Shown one piece after another: positions 1-7,760 of a stretch of DNA of 20,088 nt. Source of the stretch: an uncultured virus (IMG/VR IMGVR_UViG_3300046386_000047) (Duplodnaviria > Heunggongvirae > Uroviricota > Caudoviricetes). How positions within the stretch are numbered: the first letter of the stretch is position 1; the number at the start of each line of letters is the position of its first letter. The notes beneath the pieces are model-generated. The model saw nothing but the letters and a program-made list of their open reading frames with translations, searched no databases and was not told the origin of the DNA. Made by a program: the position numbers and the translations under genes. Where the stretch lies: the IMG/VR virus record IMGVR_UViG_3300046386_000047; one strand, 5' to 3'.

Positions 1-698
1 ATGGCGCGGGCATAGTTGGGTATGTCTTCCCACACACCTCGGATGACGTTCTTCTCGTAGTGTGTCAGGTACTCTTGCCACCGTTCGTGCTCGGGCGCGT
101 AGCTGGCCTTCCGTTTGGAAAGCGTGAAGTCGCCGCGCATCTTCTTGAGGATTTCAAGGTATGCGTCACAGTACGCCTGAGTTCGTCCGTGATGCCGCCA
201 GTTTTCAAGGCGCTCTTTGTTTGTGCCCTTGGCCGCAAGACAGGTGCGTGCGTACTTCTGCTGCTGCCACACAGCCTCCATCTCCAGCCGGATAGCGTCG
301 AGCAAGGTCTGCCACTTGTTGACGCGCTTGATCTCGCCTGAATGCTTCCCGCTCGCCGTCAACGCTTCAGCTGCCGCTCGCTCACGCTGCTTGAGTACAC
401 TGGTGCCGAGGAACTCGCGCACATCACCCTTGGCCAGCTTTCGTTTTATCTCGGCGTTGGTCAGCTGGCTAAGCGGCTTCGTTCGTTTGGGGGTGCATAC
501 GTTGCAGCTCGCAGTCTCCACCTCAACACGGGCTTCGCCTGAGTAGCCATGTGACCGGGCTTCTGCGGGGGTCAGGTAGCGCTTGAACTTGGCCAAGAAC
601 TTGACTTGCCCACACTTGGCGCAGAATTTGGCCGATTTGAGAGGCCGCCCGTTGTGCCAGTACGCAGCACGCTCACAGAAGTCGTCAGGATTTTCCAT
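1..698 (-). CDS. Hypothetical early protein with CxxC...CxxC putative zinc finger (3' end outside the window)
   Basis: Not in the ORF track because it has no stop in the window. ATG at 698, GGAG at 708-705, open for 232 codons: MENPDDFCERAAYWHNGRPLKSAKFCAKCGQVKF...ETASCNVCTPKR... Confidence 0.8.
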   Translation of the reverse strand, partial: MENPDDFCERAAYWHNGRPLKSAKFCAKCGQVKFLAKFKRYLTPAEARSHGYSGEARVEVETASCNVCTPKRTKPLSQLTNAEIKRKLAKGDVREFLGTSVLKQRERAAAEALTASGKHSGEIKRVNKWQTLLDAIRLEMEAVWQQQKYARTCLAAKGTNKERLENWRHHGRTQAYCDAYLEILKKMRGDFTLSKRKASYAPEHERWQEYLTHYEKNVIRGVWEDIPNYARA

Positions 699-713
699 GT
701 AAATCTCCATAAA

Positions 714-740
714 AAGAACTGTAAATGTAGCACAGTTCTT
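714..740. promoter_or_regulatory. 9-bp inverted repeat (operator-like) enclosing a -10 element
   Basis: AAGAACTGT-N9-ACAGTTCTT, just upstream of the RBS of the 698 gene. Confidence 0.5.
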
Positions 741-751
741 GGTGCTGGCAA
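724..751 (-). promoter_or_regulatory. Putative sigma70 promoter for the 698 gene
   Basis: Minus strand TTGCCA-16bp-TACATT with an extended TGn (TGcTACATT). Confidence 0.5.
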
Positions 752-916
752 GCTGTTACAGGACACTTGCACCATGGTGGGGGACAGTCGCAAACCCTTG
801 CCAGATAAGGCTTCTCCGCGTACGCACCCACCACACCTACCGCGCAACCTATGTTCAAAAGTACGCGAAGGAAACAGGGCCTGCTTGGACGGAAAAAAGT
901 GTCCACCAAAACACGC

Positions 917-952
917 ATATATATTTACCAAGAGAAATCTATATATATATAT
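917..952. repeat. AT-rich (TA)n tract in a non-coding region
   Basis: atatatatttaccaagagaaatctatatatatatat within an otherwise GC-rich genome. Confidence 0.8.
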
Positions 953-1098
953 GTAGGTGTGGTGGGTGCGTGCCGGACAAACCACGTAACCACGCGGGTT
1001 AGAGAACGCCCACATGGGGTGCAACGGGCCTGTAACGTAGTGGGACAGCTGGACATGCAAATTTTGCATAGTTTCTCCACAACGTGTTGCCAAATAGT

Positions 1099-1123
1099 CC
1101 CGTGAGACGTGGTGTCTCACGGG
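1099..1123. repeat. Palindrome copy 1
   Basis: CCCGTGAGAC-GTGGT-GTCTCACGGG, perfect 10-bp arms. Confidence 0.9.
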
Positions 1124-1134
1124 TTCGAGCCGCT

Positions 1135-1326
1135 TCATTTGTAGTGCAGGGGGTGGGTGTCGGCTTTGTGTGTGTCCCACGCAGCGTCACGGGCTCGCGC
1201 CTCTTGGATGACCTTGCGCTTGTATGCTTTGTCAGTGGCGAGGTGTACGAAGTCCTCACGCAGGGCGCGCAGCTTGGCGCGTTCGGTTTCACGGATGCTG
1301 ATGGTGTAGCGGTTGCGGTGTGTCAT
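1135..1326 (-). CDS. Small hypothetical early protein (63 aa)
   Basis: ATG at 1326 with GGAG at 1338-1335; MTHRNRYTISIRETERAKLRALREDF... Confidence 0.7.
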   Translation of the reverse strand: MTHRNRYTISIRETERAKLRALREDFVHLATDKAYKRKVIQEARARDAAWDTHKADTHPLHYK

Positions 1327-1344
1327 GGTTGATTCTCCAAAGGT

Positions 1345-1363
1345 GTGAGACACGCTGTCTCAC
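1345..1363. repeat. Palindrome copy 2
   Basis: GTGAGACA-CGC-TGTCTCAC followed by GGA. Confidence 0.9.
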
Positions 1364-1367
1364 GGAT

Positions 1368-1392
1368 AAAAGAAAGCCCGGACATGCCGGGC
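1368..1392 (-). terminator. Intrinsic terminator (leftward)
   Basis: Minus strand GCCCGG-CATGT-CCGGGC followed by TTTCTTTT. Confidence 0.75.
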
Positions 1393-1501
1393 GGTTGGTG
1401 CGAGTGATTGCCAGCAAGAAGCTGGGTTGACAGTGTTTGGAACAGCAGGGCAACCCCGCGTTCACAGCTCATTGCAAAAACCTATCGGTTTCGCAACTCA
1501 A

Positions 1502-1894
1502 TTACAGCATCGCCAGAAAACGCTTCTTTTGCGCCGTGGTCAAACCCGCGTATGCCTTGGCGAGTTTGGCTACCGCATCGACCGGCTTGTGCTGACGTGT
1601 TGTGGGGCCAGTGCTGAAGTGAACGCCGACGTTACGACTCCACGACTTCTGTGCAGCAACGTGACGCGTGTCACGGGTTGACTCTGTGCCAGTGTGAAAG
1701 ACTGCCGTGCCCTTGGCACTCCACGTCGTGTTGCAGCCATAGTGCTTTGCGTGCACCTTGGCCAGTGCTGACAACAACTCAGGGTGAGACAGCGATGTCT
1801 CACGGACAGCGGCCTGAAGGGCGGCCCCATAAGACGTGCCTGCCTTGAGGAATGCTGAGTACTGTGCAGCGATTGTGTTGATAGTGTGTGTCAT
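1502..1894 (-). CDS. Hypothetical early protein (130 aa)
   Basis: ATG with upstream GGAG and an extended -10 promoter; terminator downstream. Confidence 0.8.
   Translation of the reverse strand: MTHTINTIAAQYSAFLKAGTSYGAALQAAVRETSLSHPELLSALAKVHAKHYGCNTTWSAKGTAVFHTGTESTRDTRHVAAQKSWSRNVGVHFSTGPTTRQHKPVDAVAKLAKAYAGLTTAQKKRFLAML
1784..1803. repeat. Palindrome copy 3 (inside CDS)
   Basis: GTGAGACA-GCGA-TGTCTCAC followed by GGA. Confidence 0.85.
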
Positions 1895-1952
1895 GTTGCG
1901 ATCTCCAGAGGATGTGTTGTCGTAAGTCTATGTGCCCCGAACCAACACCTAT

Positions 1953-1963
1953 ATTATACCACA
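1953..1963 (-). promoter_or_regulatory. Extended -10 promoter (leftward, early)
   Basis: TGTGGTATAAT on the minus strand (TRTGn plus consensus TATAAT), about 60 nt upstream of the 1894 ATG; no recognisable -35. Confidence 0.7.
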
Positions 1964-2194
1964 GCACGTTTCCAAATACCCTTTACAGCCCTGTAGACCC
2001 CACCGTGGGGGCACCAAGCCTTTATGAGGGCCGTGGTGCGATATGACATGAACACTGTTCCGCATCGAGTCTCAGAACTCAGTAGTACTTTGGTAAACGT
2101 TGGACACCCCCAACCCCACAGAGATAGTACCCCCGTACTAATTTTATAAAATTTCCAAGAAAACTCTGTCAAACTCTGGACACCCGGCCACCAT

Positions 2195-2225
2195 AAAAAA
2201 CCCCCGGGCCTTGTGGGCACGGGGG
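2195..2225 (-). terminator. Intrinsic terminator-like hairpin between the divergent units
   Basis: Minus strand CCCCCGtGCC-cacaa-GGCcCGGGGG followed by TTTTTT. Confidence 0.6.
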
Positions 2226-2264
2226 CTACAAATTCTCAACTCACCCAAGGAAAATAACATCGGC

Positions 2265-2294
2265 TTGCGCTTCTGTCGAAAAGCAGTGTACATT
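2265..2294 (+). promoter_or_regulatory. Putative promoter of the packaging/morphogenesis operon
   Basis: TTGCGC-18bp-TACATT; similar to the element at 10772-10800. Confidence 0.5.
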
Positions 2295-2336
2295 ACGGCC
2301 AACGAGGACACAAGCCGTTTTGGCTCCTACGCAAAA

Positions 2337-2927
2337 ATGTTTGAACACTTGGTGCAATTTGACCCGGAACCTTCACCGCCCGGGATGATGACAAGACTGG
2401 CCGACGCTGAGCCGGGAGAAGTCCTGTCTGCACAAGTGGCCACCGCCAGCTGGTTGCAAGAGCTGGGAGCTCCGCCGGATGACGAAGTCATTGACGCGCT
2501 GGAGAAGGCGGACGCCCGCAAGGCGTTCCAAGCACTGACCACGAACACGGACACGGCCGAGCAAAAAGCCGCGCTGGTCCAGTTGAAGACCCCGGAAGCT
2601 GTGCGCCACATCACCGGCATGCTGACAGCGTACGACTGGGAGTTCATCGAGCAGGCCAAGGAGCTTCGCGGCTACACGGTGGCCAAGCTGGTGGAGGAAA
2701 CACAGAACCCCAACGCCAACATCCGCCTCAAAGCGCTCGGCCTGCTGGGCAAAGTCACGGAAGTGGGCCTGTTCACCGACAAGATCGAGGTCAAGCAGGT
2801 GGAGATGTCCGACGCCGAGGTCGAGCAGCGGATCAAAGACAAGCTCAACAAGTTCATGGGCGTGATCGACGTGGTGGACATTGCCACCTCCGACGTGGAC
2901 CCGGTTGAGACCGGGGCAGCAGGATGA
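2337..2927 (+). CDS. Probable terminase small subunit (196 aa)
   Basis: First gene of the operon, upstream of TerL; helical, with a RLKALGLLGK-type segment. ATG 2337 is preferred over the TTG at 2211, which lies in the terminator/promoter region. Function assigned mainly by position. Confidence 0.6.
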   Translation: MFEHLVQFDPEPSPPGMMTRLADAEPGEVLSAQVATASWLQELGAPPDDEVIDALEKADARKAFQALTTNTDTAEQKAALVQLKTPEAVRHITGMLTAYDWEFIEQAKELRGYTVAKLVEETQNPNANIRLKALGLLGKVTEVGLFTDKIEVKQVEMSDAEVEQRIKDKLNKFMGVIDVVDIATSDVDPVETGAAG

Positions 2928-3091
2928 TCTATTTTGAAGCAAACCAACCCCATGTTACGGTGTGGCCGTATCTTGCTGTCGCTGTTGAGGGCGAGTTCTG
3001 GATTGGCCTTGGGTGGTTGAACTTTGAGTTTGGATGGCGCAGCGGCGATGGGGGTGACGGCGAACGTGATCCAGAAGGACAGACGTCGTGA
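2924..3091 (+). CDS. Small aromatic-rich hypothetical protein (55 aa)
   Basis: MIYFEANQPHVTVWPYLAVAVEGEFWIGLGWLNFEFGWRSGDGGDGERDPEGQTS; ATGA overlap with the upstream gene and GTGA overlap with terL. Confidence 0.75.
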   Translation: MIYFEANQPHVTVWPYLAVAVEGEFWIGLGWLNFEFGWRSGDGGDGERDPEGQTS

Positions 3092-4626
3092 ACCTTAAAA
3101 ACCTGACGTCGCTGACAAAGTTGGAGCTGCAGGCGCTTGAGCGCGCGCTGCCGACGATGTCCGTCAAGGAAAAGATGGAGCTGCTCGACGATCTGGAGAC
3201 GCGCGAGCGCCGCACGCGGCTGCTGTCGGCCCAAGACAACATGTTGGGCTTCGCCTCGTCGGTCTACCCGGGCTTCAAGATCGGGCCCCACCACCGCAAG
3301 CTGGCCAAAATCTTCACCGACGTGATTGAGGGGCGGAAAAAGCGTGTCATCATCAATATTGCGCCGCGTATGGGCAAGTCTGAGTTCAGCTCTTACCTGT
3401 TTCCGGCCTATTTCTTGGGGAAGTACCCACAGAAGAAGATCATCATGGGCACGCACACGGCGGGCCTGTCGGAAGACTTCGGACGGCGGATACGTAACTT
3501 ACTGGACGCGGAAGAGTACCGTGAGATTTTTCCCCAGACGATGGTCGCCGACGATCAAAAGGCGGCTGGCAAGTGGTCGACGAGCGCTGGCGGTCAGTAT
3601 TACGCTGCTGGTGTGGGCGGGGCGCTTGCTGGTCGTGGCGCTGATCTTTTTGTCATTGATGACCCCCATTCTGAACAGGACGTTAAGTCGAACAGCCGTC
3701 TGGCGTTCGATACGGCGTGGTCTTGGTTCCAAACGGGCCCGCTCCAGCGACTGATGCCGGGCGGCGCGATCATCATCATCATGACAAGGTGGTCGCTGCT
3801 GGACCTGACTGGGCGTTTGATGACGTACCAGATGAAGAACCCCGAGGCGCTGCCGTGGGAAATCGTCGAGCTGCCCGCCATCCTGAACCAAGACACGGAG
3901 AACGAGAAGTCGCTGTGGCCAGAACAGTGGCCGCTGGAGTCGCTCAAGGCAACGAAGGCCAGCTTGGACCCCCGGTATTGGAACGCGCAGTACATGCAGC
4001 AGCCCACGGCCGAGACCAGCGCGATCGTCAGCCGCAAACACTGGCGCATCTGGGAGAGCGAGGAGCCACCACGCTGCGATTACGTCATCCAGAGCTGGGA
4101 CACGGCCTTCGAGACCAAGAACAACTCCGACTACAGCGCCTGCACAACGTGGGGCGTCTTCTACAACGAGGAAGAGGGCGACTCGCCCCAGCTCATCTTG
4201 CTGGACGCGTTCAAGGACCGCATGGCCTTCCCGGAATTGAAGCAAGTCGCGCTGCGCCACTACAAAGAGTGGGAGCCAGACGCGTTCATCGTGGAGAAAA
4301 AGGCCGCTGGAGCACCTCTGATCCAAGAGCTGCGCAGCATGGGCATACCCGTGCAGGAATTTACACCCAGCCGGGGAAACGATAAGATGGTGCGCCTGAA
4401 CGCCGTGGCCGACTTGTTCTCTGCGGGCAAAGTCTGGGCACCGGACACGCGCTGGGCGCGTGAAGTGATTGAAGAAATAGCTGCCTTTCCTGTCGGCGAG
4501 CACGACGACTTCGTGGACACTACAACCCAAGCCCTGCTGCGGTATCGGCAAGGGGGGTTCATCCCGTTGGACTCGGACGAGAAGGACGACAGGTCGTTCA
4601 TACGCCGCCGGGCAGCGTACTACTGA
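3088..4626 (+). CDS. terL: Terminase large subunit
   Basis: Walker A IAPRMGKS, Walker B LFVIDDP, coupling motif MTRW, RNase H-like nuclease motifs SWDTA and HDDFVD. Confidence 0.97.
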   Translation: MNLKNLTSLTKLELQALERALPTMSVKEKMELLDDLETRERRTRLLSAQDNMLGFASSVYPGFKIGPHHRKLAKIFTDVIEGRKKRVIINIAPRMGKSEFSSYLFPAYFLGKYPQKKIIMGTHTAGLSEDFGRRIRNLLDAEEYREIFPQTMVADDQKAAGKWSTSAGGQYYAAGVGGALAGRGADLFVIDDPHSEQDVKSNSRLAFDTAWSWFQTGPLQRLMPGGAIIIIMTRWSLLDLTGRLMTYQMKNPEALPWEIVELPAILNQDTENEKSLWPEQWPLESLKATKASLDPRYWNAQYMQQPTAETSAIVSRKHWRIWESEEPPRCDYVIQSWDTAFETKNNSDYSACTTWGVFYNEEEGDSPQLILLDAFKDRMAFPELKQVALRHYKEWEPDAFIVEKKAAGAPLIQELRSMGIPVQEFTPSRGNDKMVRLNAVADLFSAGKVWAPDTRWAREVIEEIAAFPVGEHDDFVDTTTQALLRYRQGGFIPLDSDEKDDRSFIRRRAAYY

Positions 4627-4637
4627 AAGATTGACAC

Positions 4638-7133
4638 ATGGCCACGAACATTGACAAAGCGCTTTTCCAGCAACCCACAGGCATCGCCGCCGCAGGCGCG
4701 GCCGAGGAGCCGATCGAGATTGAGATCGTCGACCCTGAAGCGGTGCACATCGACGCGGGTGACTTGGAAATCGACATCGAGGCGGGTGAGCCCAGCATCG
4801 ACGACTTCGATGCCAACTTGGCCGAGTACCTGTCCGAGGGTGAGCTCTCCTCAATGGTCAGCGATCTGGACGGCGACATCGACAACGATCGCAACTCCCG
4901 CAAAGAGTGGGAGAAGGCATACGTCACCGGCCTGAAACTGCTGGGCCTGCAGATCGAAGAGCGCACAGAACCGTGGGACGGCGCGTCGGGCGTGTTCCAC
5001 CCGATGATTACCGAGGCGGTTGTCAGGTTCCAGTCAGAGACCATCACTGAGACATTCCCGGCCATGGGCCCGGTGCGCACGAAGATCGTGGGCAAAGAGA
5101 CCGCTGAGAAGAAAGAAGCCGCTGCCCGGGTGCAGGAAGACATGAATTTCCAGCTGACCGAGGTCATGCAGGAGTTTCGCCCAGAGCACGAGCGCATGCT
5201 GTGGAGCCTCCCAGCCACCGGCTCGGCGTTCAAAAAGGTGTACTTCGACCCCAACATTGGCCGTCAAACGTCTGTGTTTATTCCTGCCGAGGACATTTTG
5301 CTGCCGTACGGCACGTCGGACATCCAGTCTTGCTACCGCGTCACGCACGTCATGCGCAAGACCGAGAACGAGATCAAGAAGCTCCAGCAGGCGGGTTTCT
5401 ACCGCGACGTGGACATTGGCTCGCCGGACAAGCACATCGACGAGATCAACAAGGCCAAGGACAAAGAGACCGGGTTTGCTGACCTGAACGACGACCGCTA
5501 CACGCTGTACGAGTCCCATGTGGACCTGATCGTCAAGGGCGACCCCCGGGCCGAGTTGGATGACGATGGGGAGGCCACCGGCATCGCGCTGCCGTACGTG
5601 CTGACGTACATCCGTGGCAACAACACCGTGCTGGCCCTGCGCCGGAACTGGGAAGAAGACGACGACCTGCACTTGAAGCGCCAGCACTTCGTGCACTACC
5701 AGTACATCCCCGGCTTCGGTGCCTACGGCTTTGGCCTGTTCCACCTGATCGGCGGCTTTGCCAACTCGGCCACCAGCTTGATGCGTCAGCTGATCGACGC
5801 CGGTACGCTGTCGAACTTGCCCGGTGGTCTGAAGTCCCGTGGTCTGCGGATCAAAGGCGACGACACCCCGATCGCCCCGGGCGAGTGGCGCGATGTGGAC
5901 GTTGGCTCCGGCGCGATCCGCGACAACATCCTGCCCCTGCCGTACAAAGACCCGTCGGCCACCCTGTACAACCTGCTGAACACCGTGGTGGAGGAAGGCC
6001 GCCGGTTCGCCGCGACGGCCGACATGAAGGTCAGCGACATGGGTGCCAATGCGCCCGTGGGCTCGACACTGGCCTTGCTGGAGCGCCAGCTGAAGGTCAT
6101 GACGGCCGTGCAGGCCCGGGTGCACTTCACACTCAAGCAAGAGCTGCAGTTGCTGGCCGCGATCATCCGCGACTACACCGACGACGAGTACACGTACGAG
6201 CCGGACGGCGAAGAGGGCCCACGGGCCAAGAAGGGCGACTACCGTCACGTTGACATCCTGCCGGTGAGCGACCCCAATGCGGCCACACTCTCCCAGCGCG
6301 TGGTGCAGTACCAAGCGGTGATCCAGTTGGCCCAAGGCGCACCGGACATCTACGACCTGCCCAAGCTGCACCGTGGCATGCTGGAGGTGTTGGGCATCAA
6401 GAACGCCGACAAGCTCGTGCCTCTGGAAGAAGACCAGAAGCCGACCGACCCCGTGTCGGAGAACATGAGCGCCCTCAAAGGCAAGCCACTCAAGGCATTC
6501 CAGTACCAAGACCACCAAGCCCACATCCAAGTGCACACGATGGCCATGCAGGACCCGATCGTGATGCAGCTGGTTGGCCAGAACCCCCGGGCCCCGCAGA
6601 TCATGGCCGCCATGCAGGCACACATTGCCGAGCACGTTGGCTTCGCGTACCGCCAGAAGATTGAGCAGCAGTTGGGCATGCCCCTGCCGCCCGAAGGCGA
6701 GCAGCTGCCACCCGAGATCGAGATCGCCCTGTCCGGCATGATGGCCCAAGCCGCTCAGCAAGTGCTGCAGCAAAGCCAAGCCCAAGCCGCTCAGCAGCAG
6801 GCCCAGCAGCAACAGCAAGACCCTGTTGTGCAGATGCAACAGCAAGAGCTGCAGATCAAGCAAGGCGAGCTGGCCCTCAAGGAGAAGAAGCTCCAAGTCG
6901 ACGCGGCGGCCAAGGCTGACGAGCTGGAGCTCAAGAAGCAGGCGCTGGAAGGCAAGATGGAGCTGGACGGCTTCAAGGCGGGCCAGCAAGCCCAGCAGGC
7001 CGAGAAGAAGTTGCAGTCCGACCAAGAACGTGAAGGTGTCCGCATGGGCATCGACATCGCCAAGAGCAAGCAGCAAGCTGCTGCGCAAGCCCGCGCCAAG
7101 GCGCAACCACCAAAAGGACCTAGCAACCAATGA
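4638..7133 (+). CDS. Portal protein with Q-rich C-terminal coiled coil
   Basis: 831 aa directly after terL; podovirus (P22-like) portal size, GFGAYGFGL motif, long Gln/Ala helical tail. Confidence 0.9.
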   Translation: MATNIDKALFQQPTGIAAAGAAEEPIEIEIVDPEAVHIDAGDLEIDIEAGEPSIDDFDANLAEYLSEGELSSMVSDLDGDIDNDRNSRKEWEKAYVTGLKLLGLQIEERTEPWDGASGVFHPMITEAVVRFQSETITETFPAMGPVRTKIVGKETAEKKEAAARVQEDMNFQLTEVMQEFRPEHERMLWSLPATGSAFKKVYFDPNIGRQTSVFIPAEDILLPYGTSDIQSCYRVTHVMRKTENEIKKLQQAGFYRDVDIGSPDKHIDEINKAKDKETGFADLNDDRYTLYESHVDLIVKGDPRAELDDDGEATGIALPYVLTYIRGNNTVLALRRNWEEDDDLHLKRQHFVHYQYIPGFGAYGFGLFHLIGGFANSATSLMRQLIDAGTLSNLPGGLKSRGLRIKGDDTPIAPGEWRDVDVGSGAIRDNILPLPYKDPSATLYNLLNTVVEEGRRFAATADMKVSDMGANAPVGSTLALLERQLKVMTAVQARVHFTLKQELQLLAAIIRDYTDDEYTYEPDGEEGPRAKKGDYRHVDILPVSDPNAATLSQRVVQYQAVIQLAQGAPDIYDLPKLHRGMLEVLGIKNADKLVPLEEDQKPTDPVSENMSALKGKPLKAFQYQDHQAHIQVHTMAMQDPIVMQLVGQNPRAPQIMAAMQAHIAEHVGFAYRQKIEQQLGMPLPPEGEQLPPEIEIALSGMMAQAAQQVLQQSQAQAAQQQAQQQQQDPVVQMQQQELQIKQGELALKEKKLQVDAAAKADELELKKQALEGKMELDGFKAGQQAQQAEKKLQSDQEREGVRMGIDIAKSKQQAAAQARAKAQPPKGPSNQ

Positions 7134-7324
7134 TCTCCGAATTCGCACGCGTATTGCGCGACAAATTACGCACCGACATGAACAACTACGCCGATGACTT
7201 GGCGGGTGGGGCATGTCGCTCTTTCGACGATTACCAAAAACTCTGTGGTGTGATTCAAGGCCTAGCTACCGCAGAGCGTCACCTCCTCGACCTTGTAGAG
7301 AAAGTAGAGCAATCAGATGAGTGA
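7130..7324 (+). CDS. Hypothetical protein (64 aa) between portal and GroES
   Basis: ATGA overlap with the portal gene; helical, DDYQKLCGVIQGL. Confidence 0.8.
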   Translation: MISEFARVLRDKLRTDMNNYADDLAGGACRSFDDYQKLCGVIQGLATAERHLLDLVEKVEQSDE

Positions 7325-7751
7325 AATCATTCTGCCCCCGGGCATTAGCCTGCCGAAGCACATCCAACCGATCGACGCCCCCGAGGCCGATGCGGACAAC
7401 GAAACCAAAGCGTCAGCGCTGCCGGTCCCGACCGGGTACAAGCTGCTGTGCGTCGTGCCTGAAGTCGATGAAAAGATCGCCGGTACGAGCCTCGACCTCG
7501 TTCGAGACGCTGCGACCATGCGAGCCGAAGAACACGCCACCACGGTGTTGTTCGTGCTGCGGGTCGGACCAGACGCGTACAAAGACCCTGCCAAGTTCCC
7601 GTCGGGCGCATGGTGCAAAGAGGGTGATTTTGTGCTCGTGCGCACCTACACAGGTACGCGTTTCAAGGTGTTTGGTAAGGAGTTCAGGGTTCTGAACGAC
7701 GACCAGATTGAGTGTGTTGTGCAAGACCCACGCGGGTACACCCGCGCATAA
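7317..7751 (+). CDS. groES: GroES/Cpn10-like co-chaperonin
   Basis: PTGYKLL...VLRVGPDAY...CKEGDFVL...YTGTRFKVFGKEFRVLNDDQIECVV follows the Cpn10 pattern. Confidence 0.9.
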   Translation: MSEIILPPGISLPKHIQPIDAPEADADNETKASALPVPTGYKLLCVVPEVDEKIAGTSLDLVRDAATMRAEEHATTVLFVLRVGPDAYKDPAKFPSGAWCKEGDFVLVRTYTGTRFKVFGKEFRVLNDDQIECVVQDPRGYTRA

Positions 7752-7760
7752 GGAGCAGAA

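Noticed and set aside
60..1180. Listed ORFs 60-341, 217-546, 572-1180, 606-956 and similar
   Set aside because: They overlap the better-supported minus-strand gene from 698 or run through the TA tract and regulatory DNA
1099..1803. Palindromes as a CRISPR array
   Set aside because: Spacing is irregular (about 240 and 440 bp), the interior is variable and there are no cas genes
2211..2336. N-terminal extension of terS from the TTG at 2211
   Set aside because: It spans a terminator hairpin and promoter; ATG 2337 is more plausible
6740..6860. CAG/CAA-rich repeats in the portal gene
   Set aside because: Simply encode the Gln-rich coiled coil
5034..7214. 726-aa antisense ORF (also 3499-4854, 12518-13549, 15343-16551)
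   Set aside because: Shadow frames of GC3-rich sense genes; no RBS or protein-like features
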